From: Fibrobacterota bacterium
GTDB lineage: Bacteria > Fibrobacterota > Chitinivibrionia > Chitinivibrionales > FEN-1185
Length of the DNA stretch: 64,000 nt
Direction of reading: 5' to 3'
NCBI GenBank assembly: GCA_003165595.1
Contig: PLWQ01000006.1
Location: 69,061-133,060, forward strand
Shown here: positions 25,682-34,521 of the stretch, piece after piece
How the letters are laid out: each line of letters starts with the position of its first letter
Position numbering within the stretch: the stretch's first letter is position 1
The notes under the pieces: generated by a model
The model's database searches: none
Told to the model about the DNA's origin: nothing
Seen by the model: only the letters and a program-made list of their open reading frames with translations
Program-made: the position numbers and the translations under genes

Positions 25682-27139
25682 TTAACGGCAAATCGGAACC
25701 CGGATAGAAGTTTGTTCATTGCCATGATGGAGTATTGCAACATACACGCCCGTTGAGAGCGGCGCTGTTGCCCCCGCGATTGCCAGCGAAATCGACGTGC
25801 CGCTCTCCTGCTTGACGGAGCGGACAATCCGCCCGGATGCATTATACAATGCAACAGCGGTGATGTCCGGGGCCAGGAATGTTATCCGCCCGGCAGTCGA
25901 CACAACCGAGGGCATTCGCCCGGAAAGGGATTTGACCGGGCGAATCACGCCGGAATTCACCTGGGCAAACGTATTGACGTCCATGTTGCTCACCACCCAA
26001 TTACCGTACGCAGGTTCAAAAAATGATTCAACGCTTACCGTGTTGTTACCATTTGCGTCATAGGTTAACGCATAGGAGTACTGCATGCTCGTATCCCAGG
26101 ACGAAGTGGGCGTTGCGTAGGTGCACGTGTATGTCAAAGTATCATTCCCATGCGAATCGGGCCATTCCACCTCCTTGTCCATGCACACAAAACTCTTGGA
26201 GGTTGTGTCCCAATCGAATACCCATTCGCCGGTCCCGAAGCCGTTGGCGTTATAGGTAAAGACGTCTTTGCCTGCACTATCAAATGCGCCGGACACGGGA
26301 TTTTTCTCCAGGATGATAACCTGTGTCAGGGCATTCTCCGACCACACCGGCGACTTGAATGAATATATGTACTTCGTATCAAAAAGGCTGTCCTGGCCGC
26401 TTCCCAGAACCGGCATCAGTTCCTTTTCCTCGGTTGTAAACGTGGTCGCGTTGCTTTCGCTGTCGATTCTCACCATGGAGCCGTTACTTTCCCACGTTGA
26501 ACTCACCGAATCAAGAGTAAAGGAATAAGCTTCCGAGAGGCATTGAATATTCACGAAATTGCCCACAGCAAGGGTGCCCGGCGGACAAAAAAAGACAATG
26601 GAATCCCTGCCGTTCAATGCCCAGGATTTGTTTGCGTCATCCCAGTTGGAATATGTTTCAACATCGGTTCTTCCTCCATTCGACCAAGCATATGTGGCGC
26701 GCCCGCCGGTATTCTGGGCCGTGCCGCCATAATTGTCATACGCAAACGATACCTGCAAGACAATCTGGCCGCCGGAATACACCAAAGAGTCGAGACTCTC
26801 CAAACTGTCCGTTTCCCAGCCCGAGCCTGCCATGCTTGTTTTCGCCAGTATTTCGTTGCCATCCCCATCGTAAACCACCGTATCTCGTGAATACAGCTTC
26901 CATTGCGCGGGACTGCCCCAGGTTGCGAGATTGCTGTAATGCGAGGTGCCTACCTGTTTCCATACCGTTCCTGCGGAACCGGCGCAACGTTTCTGCAGCC
27001 CGTGCTTTTGCGCTGCGCCTTTCACAGAGTGAGAAAGTGCCAATGGATGGCGAAGGTACTCCGTCCAGGACTTTGCCGGAGCGCCGAAGCAGGTTGCGAC
27101 GGCCACCAGGCCCAACAGCATGCCGTTCATATTATGCAT
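25682..27139 (-). CDS. Secreted protein with a T9SS-type C-terminal domain, function unknown
   Basis: ORF 25682..27175. The likely start is ATG at 27139, after AAGGAG. It has a signal peptide, MHNMNGMLLGLVAVATCFGAPA. The C-terminal tail reads ITAVALYNASGRIVRSVKQESG...GVYVAILHHGNEQTSIRV. Confidence 0.7.
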   Translation of the reverse strand: MHNMNGMLLGLVAVATCFGAPAKSWTEYLRHPLALSHSVKGAAQKHGLQKRCAGSAGTVWKQVGTSHYSNLATWGSPAQWKLYSRDTVVYDGDGNEILAKTSMAGSGWETDSLESLDSLVYSGGQIVLQVSFAYDNYGGTAQNTGGRATYAWSNGGRTDVETYSNWDDANKSWALNGRDSIVFFCPPGTLAVGNFVNIQCLSEAYSFTLDSVSSTWESNGSMVRIDSESNATTFTTEEKELMPVLGSGQDSLFDTKYIYSFKSPVWSENALTQVIILEKNPVSGAFDSAGKDVFTYNANGFGTGEWVFDWDTTSKSFVCMDKEVEWPDSHGNDTLTYTCTYATPTSSWDTSMQYSYALTYDANGNNTVSVESFFEPAYGNWVVSNMDVNTFAQVNSGVIRPVKSLSGRMPSVVSTAGRITFLAPDITAVALYNASGRIVRSVKQESGTSISLAIAGATAPLSTGVYVAILHHGNEQTSIRVPICR

Positions 27140-27604
27140 TTTTGTCGATTCTCCTTCTGCAAATGTGCAAGGCAAGTTTATTCATGAAGCGGGCGCCTCC
27201 GCCCGCCATCAGTGGCGCAGCCGCGCGGGAATTATGAGCAGGAATTTAAACATTTTCTTGACTCAAGCGCCCAAACGTGTGCAAACCCGTTGTCCGCTCT
27301 GTCATTCTGCTGTAAGTCAAATTGCTCAGCCGGGATGTCAACAAATCAATATACAATCGCGTGTTGCCGCTGTCAACCTTGCAACCTTGGTTTCAGGTTT
27401 AGCTTGTTTCCAGAAACTAAAGACCCGAGCGCCTCCTTTTCCCCGTGTCTCCGAGGCGAGCCTTCACCTTCATTACCCGATCTGCTTGCAGCATTAAATT
27501 GGACGAAAAGCCGACAAGACCATATACTCTCATTAGGTGGCGCGATCGCCGCCGTTGGAACCAGTGTCCGAGCAAAAAACCCCTTCTCAAGAAAAAGGAT
27601 ATTT

Positions 27605-29662
27605 ATGAAAGCATCTTTTGCTGTTTTGCGGAAACTTTCGTCGCGCTCACCCGGATGGGAAATAAAGTTCTTCGGAATTTTTTCCGGCGTTGCATTGCTT
27701 CTCCTGTTTGTCCCGGGCGCTTGGGCCGACTGCACCGTGGTGCCTTATGCCAATGACGCCAATACCGTGCTTTTGGACCATTTCGACAGTTCCACGAGCG
27801 CAAGCTTTAACGGCAGTCTTTCTGCGGCGGATTGCAACTTGACGTCCCCCACGCAACCATCCCATGCCTATGGCTCGGGGCAGAGCGGCCTTGGGAATGC
27901 CATTACCTTGACTCCCCCTGCGGCGGCCGGTTCGATGTCCTATCTGCGGTATCCCACGCAGGATATTTTATGCCTGGCCAACGGGACTATTGAGTTCTGG
28001 GTTTATCCTACTGCCTATGGTTTCGAACTTGCGGACCAAGGGCAATATTACAACGCATGCTCGGGTTGGACGTTTCGCCTCGGGATTAATGCAAACGGAT
28101 ATCTGACCTCCGCAGACTGGGACTTTTCCGGCTGTTGGAGCATGACGTCCGGTGAGGTCGTGCCCTTGAACGCCTGGAGCCACATAGCGGTAAGTTGGGG
28201 CAGCACCGGCGCCAAGTTGTATCTCAACGGCGTACAGGTGGGCAGTCATGCCTCCACCGATTATCCGGCCGGGGGTTTCGGGGGATACCTGATGATGCCC
28301 TTCGGCTCCCCCACAAGTGTAAAATGCAGCATCGACGAACTGAGAATCTCAAATGTGCAGCGAACCAGTTTCAACTTGTGCGGGCCGCCGTCCGCACCAT
28401 CACTTGCGTTACCGGTTGACTCGGCTGGAAACATCCCGGTATCAACCACCTTGAGCTGGAACGCCGCTGCCGGCGCCGATTCATACACGCTCCAAGTATC
28501 GGATTCATCTTCATTCTCCTCATTCGCAATTAACCGGCCCGGCATAACCGCAATTTCCAGCGACGTATCCGGCTTGGCGAACGATACGAAATACTATTGG
28601 CGGGTCAACGCAAAAAACAGCGGCGGCACGAGCGCATGGTCAAACGTCTGGTCTTTCACCACTTCCGCGCCGGCCAACTGCATATCTGCGGAGTATACCA
28701 GTGACTCAAATACCGTGCTCCTGGACCATTTCGACAGTTCCACGAGCGCGAGCTTCAATGCCTATGTTGCCGCCCCCGGCTGCGGGAGTTTTGCCGCAGC
28801 GACGCCGGCCTATGCCTATATAACCGGTCAGAGCGGCTTTGGAAAGGCAATTGCGATGAGTCCGCCTGCGGGCCAGCCGTCCGGTTCTGCCTCCTTTCTA
28901 AAGTATTCAACGGAAGACATCTTGTGTCAAGCCAACGGTACCATTGAATTCTGGGTCTACCCCACCGCCCGCGGTCACAACTCTCTGGATCTGGCGGGCC
29001 AGGGACAATATTACAACGCGTGCCAGGGTTGGACGTTCCGCATGGGGATCGACACAAGCGGCCATCTGACGTCAGACGACTGGGACTTTACCGGCAGTTG
29101 GAGCATGACGTCAAGTAAGGTCGTCCCTTTGAACGCGTGGAGCCGCGTGGCAGCCACCTGGGGAAGCGCCGGCGCCAAGTTGTATCTCAACGGGGAGCAG
29201 GTGGGCAGTCATTCGTCAACCGATCATCCGGCCGGCGGTTTCGGGGGGTATCTGATGATGTGCTGCGGGACAAACGCGGGTTCCGGTCACGTCATCGACG
29301 AACTGAGGATCTCAAACGTACAAAGGACTGTTTTTGGCGCGTGTGCGCCGCCGGTCGGAGTATTTCCGGTGCATAATGTACCGGGAACTTCCGGCTTCAC
29401 CGCTGTTTGGCCCAATCCGATGAGGAATACGCTCTCGATCAATTTCAATCTTTGCCGGCCGGCAAAGGTTGCGGTTGAAATCTACTCATGCAACGGCACC
29501 CTGGTAAAGCAGTTGACCAACGAGACAAGGGAATCGGGCGTTCATACGCTGGTGTGGAATGGTTGCGACAAAACCGGCAGGCAGGCGGGTGCGGGGGTAT
29601 ATTTCATGCGGCTCACGCTCGGGGACCAGACCTATGGGAAGCAGATTGCGATAATAAAGTAA
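27605..29662 (+). CDS. Secreted protein with two LamG-like modules, an FN3-like linker and a T9SS C-terminal domain
   Basis: ORF 27212..29662; the start is at ATG 27605 (MKASFAVLRKL... with a TM/signal segment). The modules NTVLLDHFDSSTSASFN...ANGTIEFWVYPTA...LNAWS...GAKLYLNG.QVGSH...IDELRISNVQRT are duplicated in tandem. The C-terminal tail reads GVHTLVWNGCDKTGRQAGAGVYFMRLTL. Confidence 0.8.
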   Translation: MKASFAVLRKLSSRSPGWEIKFFGIFSGVALLLLFVPGAWADCTVVPYANDANTVLLDHFDSSTSASFNGSLSAADCNLTSPTQPSHAYGSGQSGLGNAITLTPPAAAGSMSYLRYPTQDILCLANGTIEFWVYPTAYGFELADQGQYYNACSGWTFRLGINANGYLTSADWDFSGCWSMTSGEVVPLNAWSHIAVSWGSTGAKLYLNGVQVGSHASTDYPAGGFGGYLMMPFGSPTSVKCSIDELRISNVQRTSFNLCGPPSAPSLALPVDSAGNIPVSTTLSWNAAAGADSYTLQVSDSSSFSSFAINRPGITAISSDVSGLANDTKYYWRVNAKNSGGTSAWSNVWSFTTSAPANCISAEYTSDSNTVLLDHFDSSTSASFNAYVAAPGCGSFAAATPAYAYITGQSGFGKAIAMSPPAGQPSGSASFLKYSTEDILCQANGTIEFWVYPTARGHNSLDLAGQGQYYNACQGWTFRMGIDTSGHLTSDDWDFTGSWSMTSSKVVPLNAWSRVAATWGSAGAKLYLNGEQVGSHSSTDHPAGGFGGYLMMCCGTNAGSGHVIDELRISNVQRTVFGACAPPVGVFPVHNVPGTSGFTAVWPNPMRNTLSINFNLCRPAKVAVEIYSCNGTLVKQLTNETRESGVHTLVWNGCDKTGRQAGAGVYFMRLTLGDQTYGKQIAIIK

Positions 29663-29812
29663 CTGATTGTCAATAGCAGCGCACGCGATTTGAAATTGTC
29701 CGGGAGCGACGGCCGCCGGATCGACCGCTCATGCTGTCCGAGCCCGGCATCTTCGATGAAGACGTTGCGGTGGAGCGGCTTTTGCGCAGGAGTCAAGGGG
29801 CCGGCCCTTGCG

Positions 29813-31237
29813 CTATTTTCCTGCCGTCGGCGTGTCTATTTCGTCAAGAAATTTGAAATAGCTTGCATACGTTTTTGCAAACCTGCTCACCAGAAACTTG
29901 AACCCTGCCTTGAGCAGCAGGGTCTCAAAGCTGAACCGGAACACCCTCCGGAAATCCCATACCAGAGCGTCGAGAAGGACATTAAAGACCAGCTTCAGCG
30001 CTTCCAGCGAAAGGTGCTGCAGGGAATAGAATTTCCGGTATGCCGACACCATTTCCTGCTGGAGCCTGGACGCGGTCATGGTCTTTGGCTGGAACACGGT
30101 AAACATGCCGTTGTAGTATTCCCATTGCCGATGGAACAGGCGTTTTTCCGCGACAAGCTTGTCGTACACGGGCGTACCCGGAAACGGCGTGAGGATCATG
30201 AACTGCGCGGTGTCGATATGCTGGTTGATGGCGAAAACAGCGGTCTGGCGCAGGCTCTCCACCGTATCGTTGTCGTCGCCGAAGATGAACATGCCGTGGA
30301 CGTTGATTCCCGCCTGCTGGATGACGCGGATTGAGACCTCAATGTCCCTGCGCGTCTGCGACTTGTGCATTGCCTTAAGCGTTTCATCGCTGATTGACTC
30401 GAAACCGATGTACACGACCCGGCAGCCGGCCCTGGCCATTTTGCCGAGCAGGGCCGGGTTGTTCGCGATATCCTGGCGCACCTGCGCGGACCACGAAATG
30501 TTCAGGCCTTCACTCATAATGAGATCGCACAGACCGTCGATGCGCTGCTGGTTGGCCGTAAAATTGTCGTCGTAGAAAAAGATGCTGCGGGTCTTGAAGA
30601 ATGCCAGCGCATGCTTGACTTCCGCAATGATTCGCTGCGGCGACTGCATGCGGAACTTCTTCCCGAAGATCTTGGTGACGGTGCAGAAATTGCAGTCGAA
30701 CGGGCACCCGCGGGAGGTCATCACCGGAATGATGTCCATGGAATCGAGCCCCTGGATCAGGCTGTAGTTGATAAACGGCAACTGTTCCACGTCGTCTATC
30801 GCCTGGCCCTGCACGATCTTTCCCGGGTATCTCCCTTCGACGATGTCCACGATATTTTTTTCGGCCTCGCCCTGAACGATGCAGTCCGCAACGTCCGCGA
30901 AATCGTCCGGCAGCAGCGACGCATGGATGCCGCCGATGATGACGCGCCTGCCGGGATACACGCGCCGAATCTGGTTTGCAAGCGTCTTTGCGCGAACGCA
31001 CGATGTGGTGAGCGAGGAGATGCAGTAGACGTCCGCGCTGATGGCAAACGGATCGATGCGTTCCCGCAACACGCTCTCGTTGTAGATACGGACGCTGTAC
31101 CCCGCGTCCCGCAGAATGGTCCCCAGGTACAGCGTGCCCGTGAGAGGCAGCTTCATAAAATTATCAAAAACATTAGCGGCCGCGCCGGCCGGCTCTATAA
31201 AGACAACTGATTTCTTCGTGGAACCATCCGCAGTCAT
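29813..31237 (-). CDS. B12-binding-domain radical SAM protein
   Basis: ORF 29813..31480. The likely start is ATG at 31235-31237 (MTADGSTKKSVVFIEP). It has an N-terminal cobalamin-binding-like Rossmann segment and a radical SAM motif MTSRGCPFDCNFC. Its start overlaps the upstream stop as ATGA. Confidence 0.85.
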   Translation of the reverse strand: MTADGSTKKSVVFIEPAGAAANVFDNFMKLPLTGTLYLGTILRDAGYSVRIYNESVLRERIDPFAISADVYCISSLTTSCVRAKTLANQIRRVYPGRRVIIGGIHASLLPDDFADVADCIVQGEAEKNIVDIVEGRYPGKIVQGQAIDDVEQLPFINYSLIQGLDSMDIIPVMTSRGCPFDCNFCTVTKIFGKKFRMQSPQRIIAEVKHALAFFKTRSIFFYDDNFTANQQRIDGLCDLIMSEGLNISWSAQVRQDIANNPALLGKMARAGCRVVYIGFESISDETLKAMHKSQTRRDIEVSIRVIQQAGINVHGMFIFGDDNDTVESLRQTAVFAINQHIDTAQFMILTPFPGTPVYDKLVAEKRLFHRQWEYYNGMFTVFQPKTMTASRLQQEMVSAYRKFYSLQHLSLEALKLVFNVLLDALVWDFRRVFRFSFETLLLKAGFKFLVSRFAKTYASYFKFLDEIDTPTAGK

Positions 31238-31716
31238 CTGTCCCTCTCGGCAATCCAGACGCTCAAGCCGGCAAGCAGAAAAACGGTCCACCAGAGGTCT
31301 TGGCTTATTGAGAACACAAGGAAAAAGACAACCGACGTTGAAATCAGAAGCAGTCCGATCAGGAGCCAGGTGCGTTTTTTCCGGCAGAATAAATAGGCGC
31401 CCGTAACGGCAATGCCGAGGAAAGCCACAAACAGCGGCCAGAGCATTTTGAGAGAACCCCAGTGGGTGAAGTCGCACCACAAAGCCAGCCCGCTAAAGCA
31501 GACTAGGTAGATGCCGACCGTGAGGTACAAAGCCTCTTTTCGATCGCGGGTCTTAAAGATACCGATGAATCCGATGCCGAGCATCGTAATGACAAGCGGC
31601 CAGAGCTTGTAGACAAAAGAAAGGTGCAGGACGGAGTCAATGCCGAGCAACGCGCCGATAATAAACAGCAGAATCGCAAGTCGTCCGTAGCTTGTTTGCT
31701 TTTCGGTTTTAGGCAT
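31234..31716 (-). CDS. Polytopic membrane protein (5 TM), unknown function
   Basis: ORF 31234..31794; the likely start is MPKTEKQTSYGRLAILLFIIGALLG at 31716. The 4-nt ATGA overlap suggests translational coupling with the radical SAM gene. Confidence 0.6.
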   Translation of the reverse strand: MPKTEKQTSYGRLAILLFIIGALLGIDSVLHLSFVYKLWPLVITMLGIGFIGIFKTRDRKEALYLTVGIYLVCFSGLALWCDFTHWGSLKMLWPLFVAFLGIAVTGAYLFCRKKRTWLLIGLLLISTSVVFFLVFSISQDLWWTVFLLAGLSVWIAERDR

Positions 31717-31863
31717 GATGTTCTCTCCCCTGCCGGCGTTAGTTCGGGAAAAACTTCGGAGAACACTGACCGTTGCCATAATTTCAAATTCCAAAATACT
31801 ACTTGGCCGTCATAAAGGAGAGTACGGCACCCTGGCTGCAATATTAAGATAAAAATTCGGGCG

Positions 31864-32145
31864 TTACACCTGGCTAAAAACAAAGTAAACTCTGGGCGTT
31901 GCCCCGCTGGCCTCCTCTGCCAGGGCGCGGTGAGACCACTCCGATACCGTGCCTGTCAAGACAACCTCTGTGTCACCCATTATCTGGAGCCTGATGTCGT
32001 CGGACTTCAGAAAGGTCGCAAACACGTAGGATCTTCTCGCTGAGGATTCTATGCGGTCGCCGTTCTCGGTTGCGAGCAAGGTCCAGCAGAAGCATGCGAA
32101 AACCATCACAGCGGAAGCAATGGTCACTTTCTCACTTTTGCTCAT
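31864..32145 (-). CDS. Small membrane-anchored protein, possible BON-like domain
   Basis: 93 aa with an N-terminal TM (VTIASAVMVFACFCWTLLA). The segment DDIRLQIMGDTEVVLTGTVSEWSHRALAEE resembles the BON pattern. Weak call. Confidence 0.4.
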   Translation of the reverse strand: MSKSEKVTIASAVMVFACFCWTLLATENGDRIESSARRSYVFATFLKSDDIRLQIMGDTEVVLTGTVSEWSHRALAEEASGATPRVYFVFSQV

Positions 32146-32262
32146 CGTACACCTCTATTGAAATGAATGAGATCTTGAACAATTCAGTTGGCGGAAAGAA
32201 TCATGCAGCGATATTCGTGCGGGTTAGTCTTTTAAACTCCCTTGAGGTTGAGGCGTCCCGGT

Positions 32263-34506
32263 TTATGCAATTCTGCCCGCCTTGTCGCTTTCGATAAGCC
32301 GTTCCAGGAAGCGGCCTACCTCGAACTGGTTCCTGAGATTGTACCGGGCCAGCGTTGTTTTGAGGCCTACCTTCAGCGTAATGGCATCAGTTGGCAGGGA
32401 CCGGAAAATATCTTCATCGGTCTTGTCGTCGCCCATGGCGATAATGCAATCGAAGGTTTTTTCCGAAATGAATTTTAGGGCGGCCGTTCCCTTGTCGTAG
32501 CCCGTGCGTTTCACTTCCACCACTCTTGACCCTTCCAGCACATGCAGCCTATTTTCGTGCGCCGCTGCGCTCCTGAGTTCTTCGCTGAGCTCCTTGGCCT
32601 GCACTGTGGCGATTTCGTACGGCGCATTCCGGTAATGCCAGGCGAGCGAAGAGAACTTTTCCTCAATAAACGAGCCGTTGCAGCGATCGACATATTTCTC
32701 CAACACCGGTACAATTGCGGTTTTCCAACCCTGGTCCGAGTCAATGACGCATTGCCACGGCTCGCCCGGCCCCTTTTGACATGCGCCGTGTTCGGCGATG
32801 CAATTCACGGCAACCCCTCCAAACCACTCCTCCATGAAATCCTTTGAGCGCCCGCTTATGAGAATGACCGAAGTGGCGGGTTGCGCCGTAAGCCGTTCCA
32901 GCTGCAACATTGTTGCCGCCGAAGGCACGGCCAGCTCGGGTACACGGGTCAAGGCGACCAGGGTGCCGTCGTAATCGATAAAAATCGCCCGACGGGAAGC
33001 CGAGGCGAACTTCCGGATTATGTCCGCTTCGTCCGAAGGCGTTACAACGTTCACTTTTCGTAATTCCTGTTCCTTCTTCACCGCGCCGACACTATCGACG
33101 ATCGCGCGTGCCCACGCAAAAACCGTGTAGCGCCGGAGCCGCTCCTGCATTCGGGAAACGAGGATATCACGCTCGCGCGCCGGCAGGGTGAGCGCCCGGT
33201 TGAGAGCGTCGGCCACCTCCTGTTTGTCGGTGGGATTGATGAGCAACGCTTCGCCCAGCTCCGCGGCCGCGCCCGCGGTTTCGCTGAGTATGAGAAAGCC
33301 CTTTCCGGAACTTTGCGACGCGATGAACTCCTTTGCAACCAGGTTCATCCCATCGCGAATTGGCGTGATAAGGCCGACATCGCTCGAATCGTACAGGGCC
33401 ACGAGCTCCGAAAAGGAAAGAGACTTGTATTGATATACCAAGGGCCGCCAGGCGATAGTGCTGTATTTCCCGTTGATTCTTCCCACCGTGGCCTCAAGCT
33501 CCCGTTTCATCTCCTGATAGCTCGCAAGGGTGTCGCGCGAAGGAATCACCACCATGTTGAATACGACCTTACCAACCCACTGCGGATAAGCGTCGAGGAA
33601 GAACTCAAAGGCAAGCAGGCGGTGATTGAGCCCTTTCGAATAGTCGAGCCGATCAATGGAGAAAATCAATTTCTGGTTCTCCAGCGTAGAGAAGATTTTG
33701 GTTTTCTCCTCTGCCACGGTCTTTGAGAGCCGGGCGGCTTCGTGGAATTTCTCGTAGTCTATACCTAAGGGGAACGCATCCACTCTCACCACGCGATCGT
33801 CAAGCGTCACGGCGTTCATCGCCACTTCGTGGCCCGCCATGCGGGATACCGTTCTCAGGAAATATTGGCAGTAATCGAACGTGTGAAAGCCTATAAGGTC
33901 CGCACCCAGCATGCCCCGCAAAATGGCTTCGCACCATCGCCGCGGCATGATTCGAAACAGCTCGAACGTTGGAAACGGAATGTGGAGGAAAAAGCCGATA
34001 TTCGCTCCCGGCAAATTGTTTCTGAGCATCATGGGAAGCAAAAAGAGCTGGTAGTCGTGGACCCAGATAAGATCTCCCGGCTGCGCGATCGATCTGATCT
34101 TGTCGGCAAATGCCGCGGTAGCCAACTGGTAATTTTCGAAATAACTTTCGTCGAACACGGCAAGGGATGGGAAATAGTGGAACAGGGGCCAGAGCAGGTC
34201 GTTGCAGAAACCGCCGTAGTATTTTTCGTCAATCTGTTTGTCGATGGCAACGGGTACGAGCTGGAAATTGGAATTGGCTTGGTTTACCACCCCGTAATCT
34301 TCCCCCTCGTCGGCCTTGCCCACCCACACTATGGACCGGAAAAGTTTGTCACCGTCGAGAGATGCCGAAAGGCTCACGATGGCGGAAACCAGGCCACCGC
34401 TGGATTGTTCAATGGTTTTTTTCCCGCCGTCGTCCACAATCTTGTACGGCATCCGATAGGATACCATGATCAGGCGTTTGAATGGGGGGTCCAATTGCGA
34501 ACCCAT
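32263..34506 (-). CDS. otsA: Bifunctional trehalose-6-phosphate synthase / phosphatase (OtsA-OtsB fusion)
   Basis: 747 aa. The GT20 motifs are SSGGLVSA, FCNDLLWPLFHYF, GDLIWVHDYQLFLLPMMLR and IGFFLHIPFPTFELFRIMP. The C-terminal HAD phosphatase carries IFIDYDGTLV and MGDDKTDED. Confidence 0.9.
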   Translation of the reverse strand: MGSQLDPPFKRLIMVSYRMPYKIVDDGGKKTIEQSSGGLVSAIVSLSASLDGDKLFRSIVWVGKADEGEDYGVVNQANSNFQLVPVAIDKQIDEKYYGGFCNDLLWPLFHYFPSLAVFDESYFENYQLATAAFADKIRSIAQPGDLIWVHDYQLFLLPMMLRNNLPGANIGFFLHIPFPTFELFRIMPRRWCEAILRGMLGADLIGFHTFDYCQYFLRTVSRMAGHEVAMNAVTLDDRVVRVDAFPLGIDYEKFHEAARLSKTVAEEKTKIFSTLENQKLIFSIDRLDYSKGLNHRLLAFEFFLDAYPQWVGKVVFNMVVIPSRDTLASYQEMKRELEATVGRINGKYSTIAWRPLVYQYKSLSFSELVALYDSSDVGLITPIRDGMNLVAKEFIASQSSGKGFLILSETAGAAAELGEALLINPTDKQEVADALNRALTLPARERDILVSRMQERLRRYTVFAWARAIVDSVGAVKKEQELRKVNVVTPSDEADIIRKFASASRRAIFIDYDGTLVALTRVPELAVPSAATMLQLERLTAQPATSVILISGRSKDFMEEWFGGVAVNCIAEHGACQKGPGEPWQCVIDSDQGWKTAIVPVLEKYVDRCNGSFIEEKFSSLAWHYRNAPYEIATVQAKELSEELRSAAAHENRLHVLEGSRVVEVKRTGYDKGTAALKFISEKTFDCIIAMGDDKTDEDIFRSLPTDAITLKVGLKTTLARYNLRNQFEVGRFLERLIESDKAGRIA

Positions 34507-34521
34507 ATGCTTGTACTCCCG

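Noticed and set aside
31824-31840. Sigma-54-like CGGCAC-CCTGG-CTGCA on the plus strand
   Set aside because: No plus-strand gene lies downstream, because the surrounding genes are on the minus strand. The -24 box also lacks the leading T.
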